From assembly GCA_016792845.1 (NCBI GenBank), contig JAEUKH010000018.1, forward strand, positions 74,984 to 138,983: a stretch of DNA of 64,000 bases, given 5' to 3'. This document shows, in pieces, positions 19,778 to 29,420 of this stretch. Source of the DNA: Myxococcales bacterium (GTDB lineage: Bacteria > Myxococcota_A > Polyangia > Polyangiales > Ga0077539). Positions within the stretch are counted from its first letter, which is position 1. Every line of letters begins with the position of its first letter. The notes below the pieces were generated by a model. The model was not told the DNA's origin and ran no database searches. It was given only the letters and a program-made list of their open reading frames with translations. A program made the position numbers and the translations under genes.

Positions 19778-21514
19778 TCATCGCGGAGGCAAGATCACGT
19801 ACGGGTACACCAGCGTCTGAGAGGGCTGACGAAACCGCGGGAAGCGCGCCCGACGTACCACCCCTTCGATGCACTCTGCCACCGGGGTGCCCGAAAATTG
19901 CCCCGAGACGCTGGCGTTCGAGACCGAACCCTCGTTCGAGATGGTCAACGAGACCGGCGCCGTGCCAGTTTGGCCGTTGGCGCAGCTCCGCACAGCGCCA
20001 TTCAACCCCCCGAGGACGCTCGTGACCTGCGCGCGGGTCAAGCGCTCGGGCAGCGCCTCGGCCGGAGCCGCCGCCGGGGCCGCCGCCTGAGGCCCAGGGG
20101 CCACGCGGTTCATCAAATCGTCGACCGAGTTGCCGCCCCCTCGCGCCGGTGCCGGGGTCGGAGCGGGTGCCGCCGCGGGTGCCGCCGCGGGTGCCGCCGC
20201 GGGTGCCGGGCGCGCCGCCGGAGCCGGTGCCGCCGCCGCCGCCGCTGGAGCCTGAGCGGGCGCGGGTGCCGCCGCCGGAGCCGGTCGGGGCGCAGCCGCG
20301 GGGGTCGCCGTCGGCGCGCTCGGCCCTGCCGCCACGCGGGCCCGGGTCGGTGCCGCCGTGCGGCTCTCAGCGTGGGAGTTGGCCACCACCGCGGGCGCCG
20401 CGGGCGCTGCCGGGGGCGCGGGAGGCTCCACAGGTGCCGCCATCGCTTGGGCCGTCGGCGCCGCCACGGGCTCGGGGCTCGGAGCGGGCTCGGGGCTCGG
20501 AGCGGGCGCATTGCTGGGTGCAGACTCGGCCTCGGCGCGCGCCGGGTCAGCCGACGCGCCGGTCGGCGCCGCGGGCGCTGCGGGTGCGACGGTCGATGTA
20601 CCTTCGGGTTGGGCCGCCGAGGGCTGCGCGTTGGTGTTTGCCGGAGCCTCGACCGACGAGGCCGCGGTGGGCGACGCGTCGCGGGTCTGGTTGTAGATCA
20701 AGAAGGCCGCCGCGGTGACCACCACGCCGCCGATCATGCCCATGAAGCCGCCGCCCTTTCGGGCAGGCTCGGCCTCGACCGCCGCGGCCCGGGTCGCCGC
20801 TGCGGGCGCCGCTGCGGCCTTGGGCTTCACCATCACGTCGTCGGTCTTGGCGGGCTTCTTGTCGGCCTTGGCCTCGGGCTTCTTCTCGTCGGCCTTCTTC
20901 TCGCTCTTGGCCTCGCTCTTGGCCTCGCTCTTGGCCTCAGCCTTGGGCTCGGCCTTCGGCGCCTCGACCTTCTCGGCCGTCGGAGCCGGAACCGAAGCGC
21001 GCGACAACGCGGCGAGGCTCTTGATGTCAACGATGCCCGAGCTGGTCTCATCGACCTCGTCGGTGATCGACGGACCCACCGAGCGAGGGGCCGTCGTCGG
21101 CAAGGCCCCGGGACCGATGCTCGTCCGCGTGAGGGCCGTCAGGGCCGCGAGGTCATCGTCGTTGTCGTGGGACTCGCTCATGGTCAAATCTTTCTCCATC
21201 ACGGTATTTACCGGGTCTTCATCCAAAAATTTCGGAGCCGCAAAGACGTCGAGCGCGTCACCATCAACACCGCCGCGCGGCTTGACCTTGGCCTGCGGCT
21301 GCGCGAGCGCCGCGACAATTTTCTCGATCGACGCTTCACCGCGCTCGGCCCGGCGAGGCCAACCCTTCAACCCGCGCTCGAGCGCATAGAGGCCCTCAAG
21401 AAAGGCCTTCGCACCGGGTTCATCTTCGAGGGCGCGCATCACCTCGGGGTCTGCGGGCCCATCGGCCGGCAGATCAAGGCTGGCTGCGATCCGTCGTTGA
21501 AGCTCATCGTCCAC
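19778..21514 (-). CDS. Putative anti-sigma factor or membrane protein paired with the ECF sigma: cytoplasmic N-terminal part, one TM helix, Pro/Ala-rich linker and a Cys-containing C-terminal domain
   Basis: It lies immediately downstream of and overlapping the ECF sigma gene. TM segment 'GGGFMGMIGGVVVTAAAFLIY'. Very long PA-rich low-complexity stretch. C-terminal globular domain with two Cys. Start is uncertain (GTG 21514 or ATG 21439). Confidence 0.55.
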   Translation of the reverse strand: MDDELQRRIAASLDLPADGPADPEVMRALEDEPGAKAFLEGLYALERGLKGWPRRAERGEASIEKIVAALAQPQAKVKPRGGVDGDALDVFAAPKFLDEDPVNTVMEKDLTMSESHDNDDDLAALTALTRTSIGPGALPTTAPRSVGPSITDEVDETSSGIVDIKSLAALSRASVPAPTAEKVEAPKAEPKAEAKSEAKSEAKSEKKADEKKPEAKADKKPAKTDDVMVKPKAAAAPAAATRAAAVEAEPARKGGGFMGMIGGVVVTAAAFLIYNQTRDASPTAASSVEAPANTNAQPSAAQPEGTSTVAPAAPAAPTGASADPARAEAESAPSNAPAPSPEPAPSPEPVAAPTAQAMAAPVEPPAPPAAPAAPAVVANSHAESRTAAPTRARVAAGPSAPTATPAAAPRPAPAAAPAPAQAPAAAAAAPAPAARPAPAAAPAAAPAAAPAPTPAPARGGGNSVDDLMNRVAPGPQAAAPAAAPAEALPERLTRAQVTSVLGGLNGAVRSCANGQTGTAPVSLTISNEGSVSNASVSGQFSGTPVAECIEGVVRRARFPRFRQPSQTLVYPYVILPPR

Positions 21515-22118
21515 GCGATCCTCCAGCCGTCTCGGGCGCTTCAAGGCCAGAGAGCACTGCGTCGGGCAACGCCTCGCGGAGCCGACGCCGCGCCTCGTGA
21601 ACACGCCACGCTACGGTGCCTTCGCTACAACCCAGGATCCCGGCAATGTCTTTGTAAGGAATCTGCTCGACGCACGCGAGCACCACCGTCGTGCGCAGCG
21701 ACTCGCTCAGCGAATCAAGCGCTTCGGCCAACCTGCGGTACGACTGCGCCTGCTCAGACGATTGCGCCGGGTCACTCCCCTCGGCCGCCGGCTCGGGCAG
21801 CCGCGGGTCATCGATGTCAGCCGTGACCCGCTTGCGCTGCCGCCGGAGGTTCAACGACACGTTGACACAGATGCGGTAGAGCCAGGTAAACAGATCGGCG
21901 CGACCGTCGAATCGGTCGATGGCGCGAAAGGCCCGCAAGAAGGTCTCTTGGGTCACGTCGTCGGCGTCGCCCGCGTTGCCGGTGAGCTGCACGGCGAGGC
22001 GGTACACGCGGCGGTGGTGCTTCCGAACGAGCTGCCCGAAGGCGGCCTGGTCGCCTTGGCGGGCACGGTCGAGCCACTGTTTCTCGTGTTGGTCGGAGCG
22101 ATCGTCCGGGGTGGTCAT
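21504..22118 (-). CDS. ECF (sigma-70 family group 4) RNA polymerase sigma factor
   Basis: Region 2 '[35 protein letters not shown]...[10 protein letters not shown]'. Region 4 '[30 protein letters not shown]'. Confidence 0.9.
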   Translation of the reverse strand: MTTPDDRSDQHEKQWLDRARQGDQAAFGQLVRKHHRRVYRLAVQLTGNAGDADDVTQETFLRAFRAIDRFDGRADLFTWLYRICVNVSLNLRRQRKRVTADIDDPRLPEPAAEGSDPAQSSEQAQSYRRLAEALDSLSESLRTTVVLACVEQIPYKDIAGILGCSEGTVAWRVHEARRRLREALPDAVLSGLEAPETAGGSRGR

Positions 22119-22345
22119 TGGGTCTCTTCGATCCGACGCCTGAAGTGCCCATCGGTTCTCTCGGGCGAGGCGATCGACCCGTTTGCACTTCTCAGCGGCC
22201 GCGAAGCTACCCCAAGCCTCGCCGAAATCACAACCCCGTCACCGACCCTCGCGTACGACGCCCCATGACAGCGCGCGAGAGAGACTCTACCTTCGCCCCC
22301 GACGTCGCCGTTCGCGGCCCACAAACACCAGAAAGCACAGCGCCG

Positions 22346-23281
22346 ATGCCCACCCCCACCGACCTCGCGGCCGACATTGTTCGCCTGAAAAAAGAACGCA
22401 ACGCGGTGCTCCTCGCGCACTACTACGTCGACGGCGAGGTGCAAGACGTCGCTGATTTTGTAGGCGATTCGTTGCAGCTCTCGCAGGCCGCGCAGAAGAC
22501 CCAGGCCGACGTGATCGTCTTCGCGGGGGTTCACTTCATGGCCGAGACGGCCAAGATCTTGAACCCGAGCCGCAAGGTGGTCTTGCCCGACCTCGACGCG
22601 GGCTGCTCGCTCGCCGAGGGCTGCCCGGGCGACAAATTCGCGGCCTTCACCGCGCGCCACCCCGACCACTACGTGCTCTCGTACATCAACTGCTCGGCCG
22701 AGGTGAAGGCGCTCTCAGACTGCATCGTCACCAGCTCGAACGCCGAGAAGATCGTGCGAAGTGTGCCCGAAGGGCGGCCCATCATCTTCGCCCCTGACAA
22801 GAACCTCGGGGCCTACCTCGCCCGCAAGACGGGCCGCGACATGCTGATGTGGCGCGGCAGCTGCATCGTCCACGAGACCTTCTCAGAGCGGAAGATCATC
22901 GCCCTCCAGACCCGGCACCCCGACGCCGAGCTCATCGCGCACCCCGAGTGCGAGCCCGCGATCCTGGCGCACGCCCGCTTCATCGGCTCGACCAGCGCGC
23001 TCTTGAAATACACCCAGACCGCCGCGGCCAGGCGCTTCATCGTGGCCACCGAGACGGGCATCCTTCACCAGATGAAGAAATCGTCGCCCGACAAAGAGTT
23101 CATCGCCGCGCCCCCCGACGCGAACTGCGCCTGCAACGACTGCCCGTTCATGAAGAAGAACAGCCTCGAAGCCGTGCACCGCGCGCTCGAAACGCTCGAG
23201 CCCGAGCTCACCCTCGACGAGGGGCTCCGCGTGAAGGCCCTTCGCCCCATCGAGCGGATGCTGGAGCTCTCAGCGAGCTGA
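22346..23281 (+). CDS. nadA: Quinolinate synthase NadA
   Basis: '[42 protein letters not shown]' and '[11 protein letters not shown]' Fe-S cysteines. ATG at 22346 follows a low-complexity 5' extension. Confidence 0.9.
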   Translation: MPTPTDLAADIVRLKKERNAVLLAHYYVDGEVQDVADFVGDSLQLSQAAQKTQADVIVFAGVHFMAETAKILNPSRKVVLPDLDAGCSLAEGCPGDKFAAFTARHPDHYVLSYINCSAEVKALSDCIVTSSNAEKIVRSVPEGRPIIFAPDKNLGAYLARKTGRDMLMWRGSCIVHETFSERKIIALQTRHPDAELIAHPECEPAILAHARFIGSTSALLKYTQTAAARRFIVATETGILHQMKKSSPDKEFIAAPPDANCACNDCPFMKKNSLEAVHRALETLEPELTLDEGLRVKALRPIERMLELSAS

Positions 23282-23848
23282 GCCGCGCACGCCCCGGGCG
23301 CTGGCCTCGACCACGGCCCGCTCGGGGTTCGCGATGACCTCGCGCCCCACCAGGCGCCCCTCGCCCGCGGCCTCTGCCCCCGCCTCGACCGCCGCCTCGA
23401 CGTCAGAGAGCGCGCCGGTCAGCACGACGTAGCCCTTGCCCCCGATGCCCCGCGCGAGGTGCATGTCGACCAGGCTCACGGCGGCACACTTCAGCGCCGC
23501 ATCGGCCGCGCGGATGGTGGCCGCGAGGGTCTCAAGCTCGAGCACGCCGACCGAGCCCTCGGGGCGCGAGCGCACGAGGCCCTCGCAGAGCGCCCGCATC
23601 ACCGCCTCGTGGGCGTACGCGAGGTAGGTGTGGTCGATGCGCGAGGCGTCGCTCACGGTGATGGCCGCGTCGAGCGCTTCTTCGATCTCGGCCTCGCCGC
23701 CGGCGAAGGCGATCCAGTAGCGGCCCGGGGTGATCGGCTCGGCGTAGAGCACCGTGACCGGGCTGCGCTTGTCGAGCGCATCGAGCACGAGGTACCCCCT
23801 CGCAATCGACGCAATCTCTACAATCGCCAAGGCCGGCCCGTCGCTCAC
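23270..23848 (-). CDS. Bacterial microcompartment shell protein, tandem BMC-domain type (BMC-T)
   Basis: Two PF00936-like halves: '[26 protein letters not shown]...[21 protein letters not shown]' and '[28 protein letters not shown]...[28 protein letters not shown]'. Compare PduA 'GDVGAVKAATDAGAAAA'. Confidence 0.75.
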   Translation of the reverse strand: MSDGPALAIVEIASIARGYLVLDALDKRSPVTVLYAEPITPGRYWIAFAGGEAEIEEALDAAITVSDASRIDHTYLAYAHEAVMRALCEGLVRSRPEGSVGVLELETLAATIRAADAALKCAAVSLVDMHLARGIGGKGYVVLTGALSDVEAAVEAGAEAAGEGRLVGREVIANPERAVVEASARGVRGSAR

Positions 23849-23928
23849 AGAAACTCTCTCGGCGGTACCACGCCCCGCCCGACGGGCACAAGCGCGCGTG
23901 TGCCCGTGCTACACCTTCGGCGCCTCTC

Positions 23929-24432
23929 ATGAACATCGTCTGTGAGCGTTGTCGCCTCCAAGATGCGCGCTTCGCGGCTGGCTCGCCCTGCCCGCGCTGC
24001 GGGGCCCCGATGCGGGCCTGGCCTGCGCCCTTCGGCCAAGGGGCACCGACGCAGGCCCCCGCCCAGGCGGTGACCCAGGCCGTCGACCCGCGGCTCGTGG
24101 CGGCGGTCGCACAAGGCCAGTGGCCCGGCACCGACCCCGCGCCGCACCGCCCACCGCATCAACACACGGCGCACCCGATCAACGCGGTGAAGCTCGGGGC
24201 CGACGCGATGGCCTCGGTGGTCTTGAGCCTCGCCGCGACGGTGCTCTGTTGCGCCAACGTCGTCGCCCTTTGGGCGCTCGTCACCAGCGTCAGGGCGTAC
24301 CTCGCCACCAACAGCGACGACCTCGCGCGGGCCGAGGGGCTCTGCCGTCAGGCGCGGCGCCGGAGCCGGGTCGGGGCCTTCTTCAGCGCGCTCTATCTGG
24401 GCGCCATTGTGGTCTATTACTTCTTCGGGTGA
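23929..24432 (+). CDS. Hypothetical protein: N-terminal double CxxC zinc-ribbon plus two C-terminal TM helices
   Basis: 'CERCRLQD...CPRCGAPM' and the hydrophobic C-terminus 'ASVVLSLAATVLCCANVVALWALV...ALYLGAIVVYYFFG'. Divergent from the BMC-T gene. Confidence 0.4.
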   Translation: MNIVCERCRLQDARFAAGSPCPRCGAPMRAWPAPFGQGAPTQAPAQAVTQAVDPRLVAAVAQGQWPGTDPAPHRPPHQHTAHPINAVKLGADAMASVVLSLAATVLCCANVVALWALVTSVRAYLATNSDDLARAEGLCRQARRRSRVGAFFSALYLGAIVVYYFFG

Positions 24433-24441
24433 AGCGCACCG

Positions 24442-25842
24442 ATGCACTCGTCTACTGCGCGCCTTGAGGCGCTCGTCGCGGCCTTCGGCTCCGACCTCAT
24501 CAGCACCGACCCCTCAGACCTCATCGAACTCGGCCGCGATTGGACGCGGGTGCACACCCCCGCCCCGCTCGCCATCGCGCTCCCGCGGAGCGCCGCCGAG
24601 GTCGCCGCGCTCATGCGCTTCTGCGACGCCCACGACCTCAAGGTGGTGCCCTCGGGCGGGCGCACGGGCCTCGCGGCGGGCGCCGTGGCGGCCTCGGGCG
24701 AACTGGTGATCTCGCTCTCTCGCATGCGCGCGATGGCTCCGGTCGACCGCCTGGGCAACACGGTGCGGGTCGAGGCCGGCGCCGTCACCGCGGCGGTGCA
24801 CGCCCACTGCGCCGAGGTCGGCCTCACCTGGCCGGTCGATTTCGCCTCCAAGGGCTCGTCGCAGGTCGGCGGCAACATCGCCACCAACGCCGGCGGCGTG
24901 AAGGTGATCCGCTACGGCCTCACCCGAAACTGGGTCTTGGGCCTCGAAGTGGTCACCGCCCAGGGCGAAATTCTCTCGCTCAACGGGGCGCTTGAGAAGA
25001 ACAACACCGGCACCGACCTCAGGCAGCTCTTCATCGGCAGCGAAGGGACCCTCGGCATCATCACCGCGGCCACGCTGAAGCTCGTGGCCCTGCCGCGCCG
25101 TCACGACGTGATGATCTTCGCGGTGCCCGACGTCGCCGCGGTGGTGCGGCTCTTCCGCGCCGTGCGCGAGGCGCCCATGGTGCTCTCGGCCTTCGAGTTC
25201 TTCAGCGAGGCGTGCAGGCTCCGGGTCGAGCGGCACCGCCACCTTCGGCCGCCCTTCGACGGGCGCTACGCGTACTATGTGCTCGTCGAGTTTGAGAACA
25301 GCGACCGCGACGCCGTCGAGACCTGGGCCGCCGGGCTCTTCGAGGGCGACCTCGTCGAAGACGGCGTGGTGGCCCAAGACGCCTCGCAAGGGGCCGCGTT
25401 CTGGGCCCTCCGCGAGTCGATCTCTGAGAGCCTGTCAGGCACGGGCTTCCCTTACAAGAATGACATCGCGCTGCCCATCGCGGGGCTCGAGGCCTTCGTC
25501 GACGCGCTCGAGGCGCTCCTCCTGCGCGGGTACCCGGCCTTCGAGGTGTGCCTCTTCGGGCACCTCGGCGACGGCAACCTCCACGTCAACCTGATGAAGC
25601 CCGACGCGATGTCGCGCGAGGCCTTCATCGCCGCCGCGAAGGTCTGCGATCAGAGCATGTTCGCCCTGGTCGAGGCCCACCGCGGGAGCGTCTCGGCCGA
25701 GCACGGCATCGGGCTCTTGAAGCGTGACGCCTTGCGCTTCTCGCGAAGCCCGGCCGAGCTGGCGATGCTGCGCGCGGTGAAGCGCGCCCTCGACCCGAAG
25801 AACCTCTTGAACCCCGGCAAGGTCTTCGACCTCGATCAGTAG
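24442..25842 (+). CDS. FAD-linked oxidase (GlcD / D-lactate / D-2-hydroxyglutarate dehydrogenase family)
   Basis: FAD_binding_4 region ('VVPSGGRTGLAAGAV', 'GGNIATNAGG'). C-terminal FAD-oxidase_C region 'SAEHGIGLLKRDAL'. Confidence 0.85.
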   Translation: MHSSTARLEALVAAFGSDLISTDPSDLIELGRDWTRVHTPAPLAIALPRSAAEVAALMRFCDAHDLKVVPSGGRTGLAAGAVAASGELVISLSRMRAMAPVDRLGNTVRVEAGAVTAAVHAHCAEVGLTWPVDFASKGSSQVGGNIATNAGGVKVIRYGLTRNWVLGLEVVTAQGEILSLNGALEKNNTGTDLRQLFIGSEGTLGIITAATLKLVALPRRHDVMIFAVPDVAAVVRLFRAVREAPMVLSAFEFFSEACRLRVERHRHLRPPFDGRYAYYVLVEFENSDRDAVETWAAGLFEGDLVEDGVVAQDASQGAAFWALRESISESLSGTGFPYKNDIALPIAGLEAFVDALEALLLRGYPAFEVCLFGHLGDGNLHVNLMKPDAMSREAFIAAAKVCDQSMFALVEAHRGSVSAEHGIGLLKRDALRFSRSPAELAMLRAVKRALDPKNLLNPGKVFDLDQ

Positions 25843-27062
25843 GTCGTGCGGGTGCGAATGCTCGTGGGCAGCGCGCTCATGGCCTGACGCACGGCCTCTG
25901 AGACGTCTTTTTCGAGGTCCATGATGAGGTACCCGATGTTGGCGTCGGTGCCGAGCACCTGGGCGTGGATGTTGGCGTCGAGGTCGCTCACGATGCGGTT
26001 GATGTCGCGCAAGACGCCCGGCACATTGCGGTGAACGTTGATGACCCGGTGCGTGCCCACGCTGCGCCCGAGCTCAATCTGGGGGAAGTTGACCGCGCCC
26101 ACGGTGCTGCCAAAATCGAGGTACCGAATGAGGCTCGTGGCCACCTCGCGACCGATCGAGGCTTGGGCCTCCGCGGTCGAGCCGCCGATGTGCGGCGTCA
26201 GAATCACGTTCGGCGCGTTCTGAAGCGCCGTCACGAACCCGCGCCCGTTCGCCTCGGGCTCCTCAGGGAAGACGTCGACCGCGGCCCCGCCGAGCTTGCC
26301 CTCGCGCAAGATCTGACCGAGCGCCTCGATGTCGACCACGGTGCCCCGCGACGCGTTGAGGAGCGAGGCCCCGTTCTTCATCTTCGCCAGCTCGCTAGGC
26401 CCCATCATGCCGCGGGTCTGCGGCGTCTCGGGCACATGGAGGGTCACAAAATCGCTCTGTTCGAGCAGCGCTTCGAGGCTCTCAAGCGGCCGGTTGTTGC
26501 CCATCGGGAGCCGCGTCGCCACGTCGTAGAAGACCACCCGCATGCCCATGGCCTCGGCGAGCACCCCCACCTGCGAGCCGATGTGACCGTAGCCCACGAT
26601 GCCGAGGGTCTTGCCGCGCACCTCGACCGAGCCCGTGGCCACCTTCTTCCACTCGCCGGTGTGCATCTCTCGAATGCGGTCGCCGAGCTGACGGGCCAGC
26701 ATCACCACCTCGGCGATGATGAGCTCGGCCACGCTGCGGGTGTTGCTAAACGGCGCGTTGAACACCGGCACCCCGCGCGCGTTGGCCACGCCGAGATCGA
26801 CCTGGTTGGTGCCGATACAAAAACACCCGAGGGCCAAGAGGTCGTTCGCCTCCGAGAGCGCCGACGCCGTCACCCGGGTCTTCGAGCGGATGCCAAGAAT
26901 GTGAACCCCGCGGAGCTTCTCGCGCAGCGCCTCCTCGCCGAGGGCCCCCGAGAGCGCCTCGACCTCGCACCCCGCCGCGCGAAACATCTCGTGCGCCGAG
27001 GGGTGGATGTTTTCGAGCAAGAGCACCCGCAACGCGCCCAAATTACCTTGAGAACCGCTCAT
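25836..27062 (-). CDS. serA: D-3-phosphoglycerate dehydrogenase (SerA) with C-terminal ACT domain
   Basis: NAD-binding 'GKTLGIVGYGHIGSQVG'. Catalytic 'NASRG..VD'. C-terminal ACT region. ATG at 27062 follows an Arg/Gly-rich shadow extension. The 3' end overlaps the convergent GlcD-like gene by 7 nt. Confidence 0.9.
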   Translation of the reverse strand: MSGSQGNLGALRVLLLENIHPSAHEMFRAAGCEVEALSGALGEEALREKLRGVHILGIRSKTRVTASALSEANDLLALGCFCIGTNQVDLGVANARGVPVFNAPFSNTRSVAELIIAEVVMLARQLGDRIREMHTGEWKKVATGSVEVRGKTLGIVGYGHIGSQVGVLAEAMGMRVVFYDVATRLPMGNNRPLESLEALLEQSDFVTLHVPETPQTRGMMGPSELAKMKNGASLLNASRGTVVDIEALGQILREGKLGGAAVDVFPEEPEANGRGFVTALQNAPNVILTPHIGGSTAEAQASIGREVATSLIRYLDFGSTVGAVNFPQIELGRSVGTHRVINVHRNVPGVLRDINRIVSDLDANIHAQVLGTDANIGYLIMDLEKDVSEAVRQAMSALPTSIRTRTTY

Positions 27063-27097
27063 CTTGCGGCTGGGGTTAGGCCCGAAGATGCGCCGCG

Positions 27098-28102
27098 TCA
27101 AGCGACTTTCGCCCCGCCCTTTCGGAGCGTCTCGACCCCCAACATCACCCACGCCGGCGCGAGCACCGCGAAGAGCCCCGCGAAGATGCGGAGCTCGTTC
27201 AAGTTGCCCACCTTGAGCATCGCCACAAACCACAGCGGGCAGAGCCACACCGCGCGGCGCGTGAAGCGATCTCGCAGCCCCGAGAGCCCCCCAAGGAGCG
27301 GCACCCACAGCGCGCCGAACACACCCAGAAGCCGCACCGCGAAGGCCGGCGAGGCGAGCGCCCTGAGGTTGTCGTCGAGGTGCTCCTCGTAGAGCCCCTC
27401 GCCGTGACCGCGGTAGTGCCAGGCCAGCGCGAGCTTGACCGCCACCCAGGCGAGGGCCATCACCGTCGGCGGCACGAGGAGCCGACGCGGAGGCGTGTCG
27501 CTCGGGCGCGTCACCACCCACAAGACCGCCAAAAACGCGCTGCTCTCTTTCACCAGCGTCGCCGCGACGAAGGCCGGGTAGAAGGCCCGCCACCGCTCGG
27601 CCCGCAAGAGCATCATGCAGCCGAAGAGGCACGCCATCTCGGGGAGATCCCACGGCAGGTAGATCACCCGGCGCTGCCCCATGGCCTCGCCGAGCTGCGC
27701 GAAAGAGAACGGCATCACCCAAAGCACCAGCGGCAAGACCACCAGCGAGAAGCGCCGCGCGGCGTCGCGGGGGATCGTTTCTGAGTGTGACTCAAGAAGT
27801 GTCTCGACGTGCCGAGAGAACATCAGCCCGAGGGCCGCCACCGAGAGGCCGTCGAGGCACCCGAAGGCCGCCCGCGGGCTCAGCCCGAGCGCCACGAGGC
27901 CGCGCCCGAGCCACACCACCCCGATGCGGTATTGAAAGGGCGTCGGCGCGGTGCCGTCGAGGAGCGCCCGGCGCCCCACCACCGGCCACTCGAAGCTCAT
28001 GGCGTCACGCATGAACACCACAAACAAGGCCATCAAGACCAAGAGCGCGGCCCGCAACACCGCCACACGATCGGGCCGCCACCCTCTGACGAGGTCATTC
28101 AT
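27098..28102 (-). CDS. Polytopic integral membrane protein, unknown family
   Basis: Continuous hydrophobic helices. Start MNDLVRG at 28102. Confidence 0.55.
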   Translation of the reverse strand: MNDLVRGWRPDRVAVLRAALLVLMALFVVFMRDAMSFEWPVVGRRALLDGTAPTPFQYRIGVVWLGRGLVALGLSPRAAFGCLDGLSVAALGLMFSRHVETLLESHSETIPRDAARRFSLVVLPLVLWVMPFSFAQLGEAMGQRRVIYLPWDLPEMACLFGCMMLLRAERWRAFYPAFVAATLVKESSAFLAVLWVVTRPSDTPPRRLLVPPTVMALAWVAVKLALAWHYRGHGEGLYEEHLDDNLRALASPAFAVRLLGVFGALWVPLLGGLSGLRDRFTRRAVWLCPLWFVAMLKVGNLNELRIFAGLFAVLAPAWVMLGVETLRKGGAKVA

Positions 28103-28181
28103 CGCAGCGGTCGATTCAACACCGTTTCGGGCCTAGGCCGCGCTGCAAAGCGACCGCGGCGCGGTGTAGTCTCGGCGCCCC

Positions 28182-29402
28182 GTGAAGCCGCTCGACCCCG
28201 CCGTGCTTGAGTTCTGGTTCGACTACACCTGCCCCTACGCGTACCTCGCGAGCGTCGCGGTGTCGGGGCTCGCGGCGCGCACCGGGCGCACCCTGCGCTG
28301 GCGCCCGATGCTGCTCGGCGGGGTGTTCCGCGCCCTCGACGTGCCGCAGCGCCTCTTCGCCACCGTGGGCCCGGCGAAGGCCGCCCACACCGCCCGCGAC
28401 CTCGAACGTCAGGCCGCCCTCCTCGGCGTCGGGTTGGGCTTCCCCGCCGAGCACCCGCAGCGCTCGGTCGAGGCCCTCAGGGTGACCCTCGCCACGGGCT
28501 GCGACCCGCGGGTCATCGCAGGCTTCTTCGCGCGGTACTGGGTCGACCGGGCCCCCATCTCGACCCCCGAAGGCGTCACCGCCGTGCTCGAAGGCGCCGG
28601 GTACGGCCCCGCCGAGGTCGCCCGATACCGCGAGGCCGCCGAGGCGCCCGAGGCCCGCGAGGCCCTGAGGGCCGCCACCGACGAGGCCATCGCCCTCGGC
28701 ATCTTCGGCGCGCCGGCCTTCCGTCACGATGACGCTTCCATCTACTGGGGCGCCGACCGCATGATCTTGCTCGAACCGCGACCCGACCCGACACCTCACC
28801 CGAGCCCCCGCACCATGCCCCACACCCTCGAAGTCTTTTTCGATTTCTCGTCACCCTACGCGTACCTCGGGCAAACCCAGGCCGAGGCCCTCGCGGCCCG
28901 CACCGGCGCGACCCTCGTGTGGCGCCCCATCCTCCTCGGCGGGCTCTTCAAAGCCATCGGCCAAGCCATGGTGCCCATGCAGACCTGGAGCGCCGCGAAG
29001 CAACAGCACACCCTCGTCGACATGGGCCGGTGGGCCGCGCACTGGCAGGTGCCCTTCCGCTTCCCTGACAACTTCCCGTTCAACTCGGTCAAGGCGCTGC
29101 GCGTGTGGCTGGCGCTGCCCGAGGCGCGACGCGACGCCTTCCGTCAGGCCGCGTACAACGCCGCGTGGGCCGACAACCGCGACCTCACCAGCGACGCCGT
29201 CCTCGCCGACCTCATCGGCGACGACGCTGAGGCCATCCTCGCGCGCACCCAAGACGCCGACATCAAACAACAGCTCATCGACAGCACCCAAGACGCTGTC
29301 GCCCGCGGCGTCTTCGGGGCCCCCACCTGGATCGTCGACAAGACCGAGCTCTTCTGGGGCCAAGACCGCCTCCCCTTGGTCGAACGCGCCCTCGCGGGCT
29401 GA
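28182..29402 (+). CDS. Tandem-duplicated DsbA-like thioredoxin-fold protein (2-hydroxychromene-2-carboxylate isomerase / FrnE family, two domains)
   Basis: Two homologous halves, each starting 'LEFWFDYTCPYAYLA' / 'LEVFFDFSSPYAYLG' and ending 'IFGAPAF..DD...WGADR' / 'VFGAPTWIVDKTELFWGQDR'. Confidence 0.8.
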   Translation: MKPLDPAVLEFWFDYTCPYAYLASVAVSGLAARTGRTLRWRPMLLGGVFRALDVPQRLFATVGPAKAAHTARDLERQAALLGVGLGFPAEHPQRSVEALRVTLATGCDPRVIAGFFARYWVDRAPISTPEGVTAVLEGAGYGPAEVARYREAAEAPEAREALRAATDEAIALGIFGAPAFRHDDASIYWGADRMILLEPRPDPTPHPSPRTMPHTLEVFFDFSSPYAYLGQTQAEALAARTGATLVWRPILLGGLFKAIGQAMVPMQTWSAAKQQHTLVDMGRWAAHWQVPFRFPDNFPFNSVKALRVWLALPEARRDAFRQAAYNAAWADNRDLTSDAVLADLIGDDAEAILARTQDADIKQQLIDSTQDAVARGVFGAPTWIVDKTELFWGQDRLPLVERALAG

Positions 29403-29420
29403 GCGCCACCGGGGCCGGGC

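Noticed and set aside
19898-21826. 642-aa plus-strand ORF opposite the anti-sigma-like and ECF sigma genes
   Set aside because: Arg/Gly-rich junk. The sigma-70 regions 2 and 4 are unambiguous on the minus strand.
22118-22346. Possible NAD+-type riboswitch in the 228-nt nadA leader (nadA motifs are known upstream of nadA in some phyla)
   Set aside because: I cannot fold or model the leader by eye, and no recognisable tandem-domain consensus was seen. It may simply be the divergent promoter region shared with the ECF sigma gene. A covariance-model search with the Rfam nadA motif would decide.
25965-27392. 475-aa plus-strand ORF opposite serA
   Set aside because: Antisense shadow. SerA motifs on the minus strand are unambiguous.
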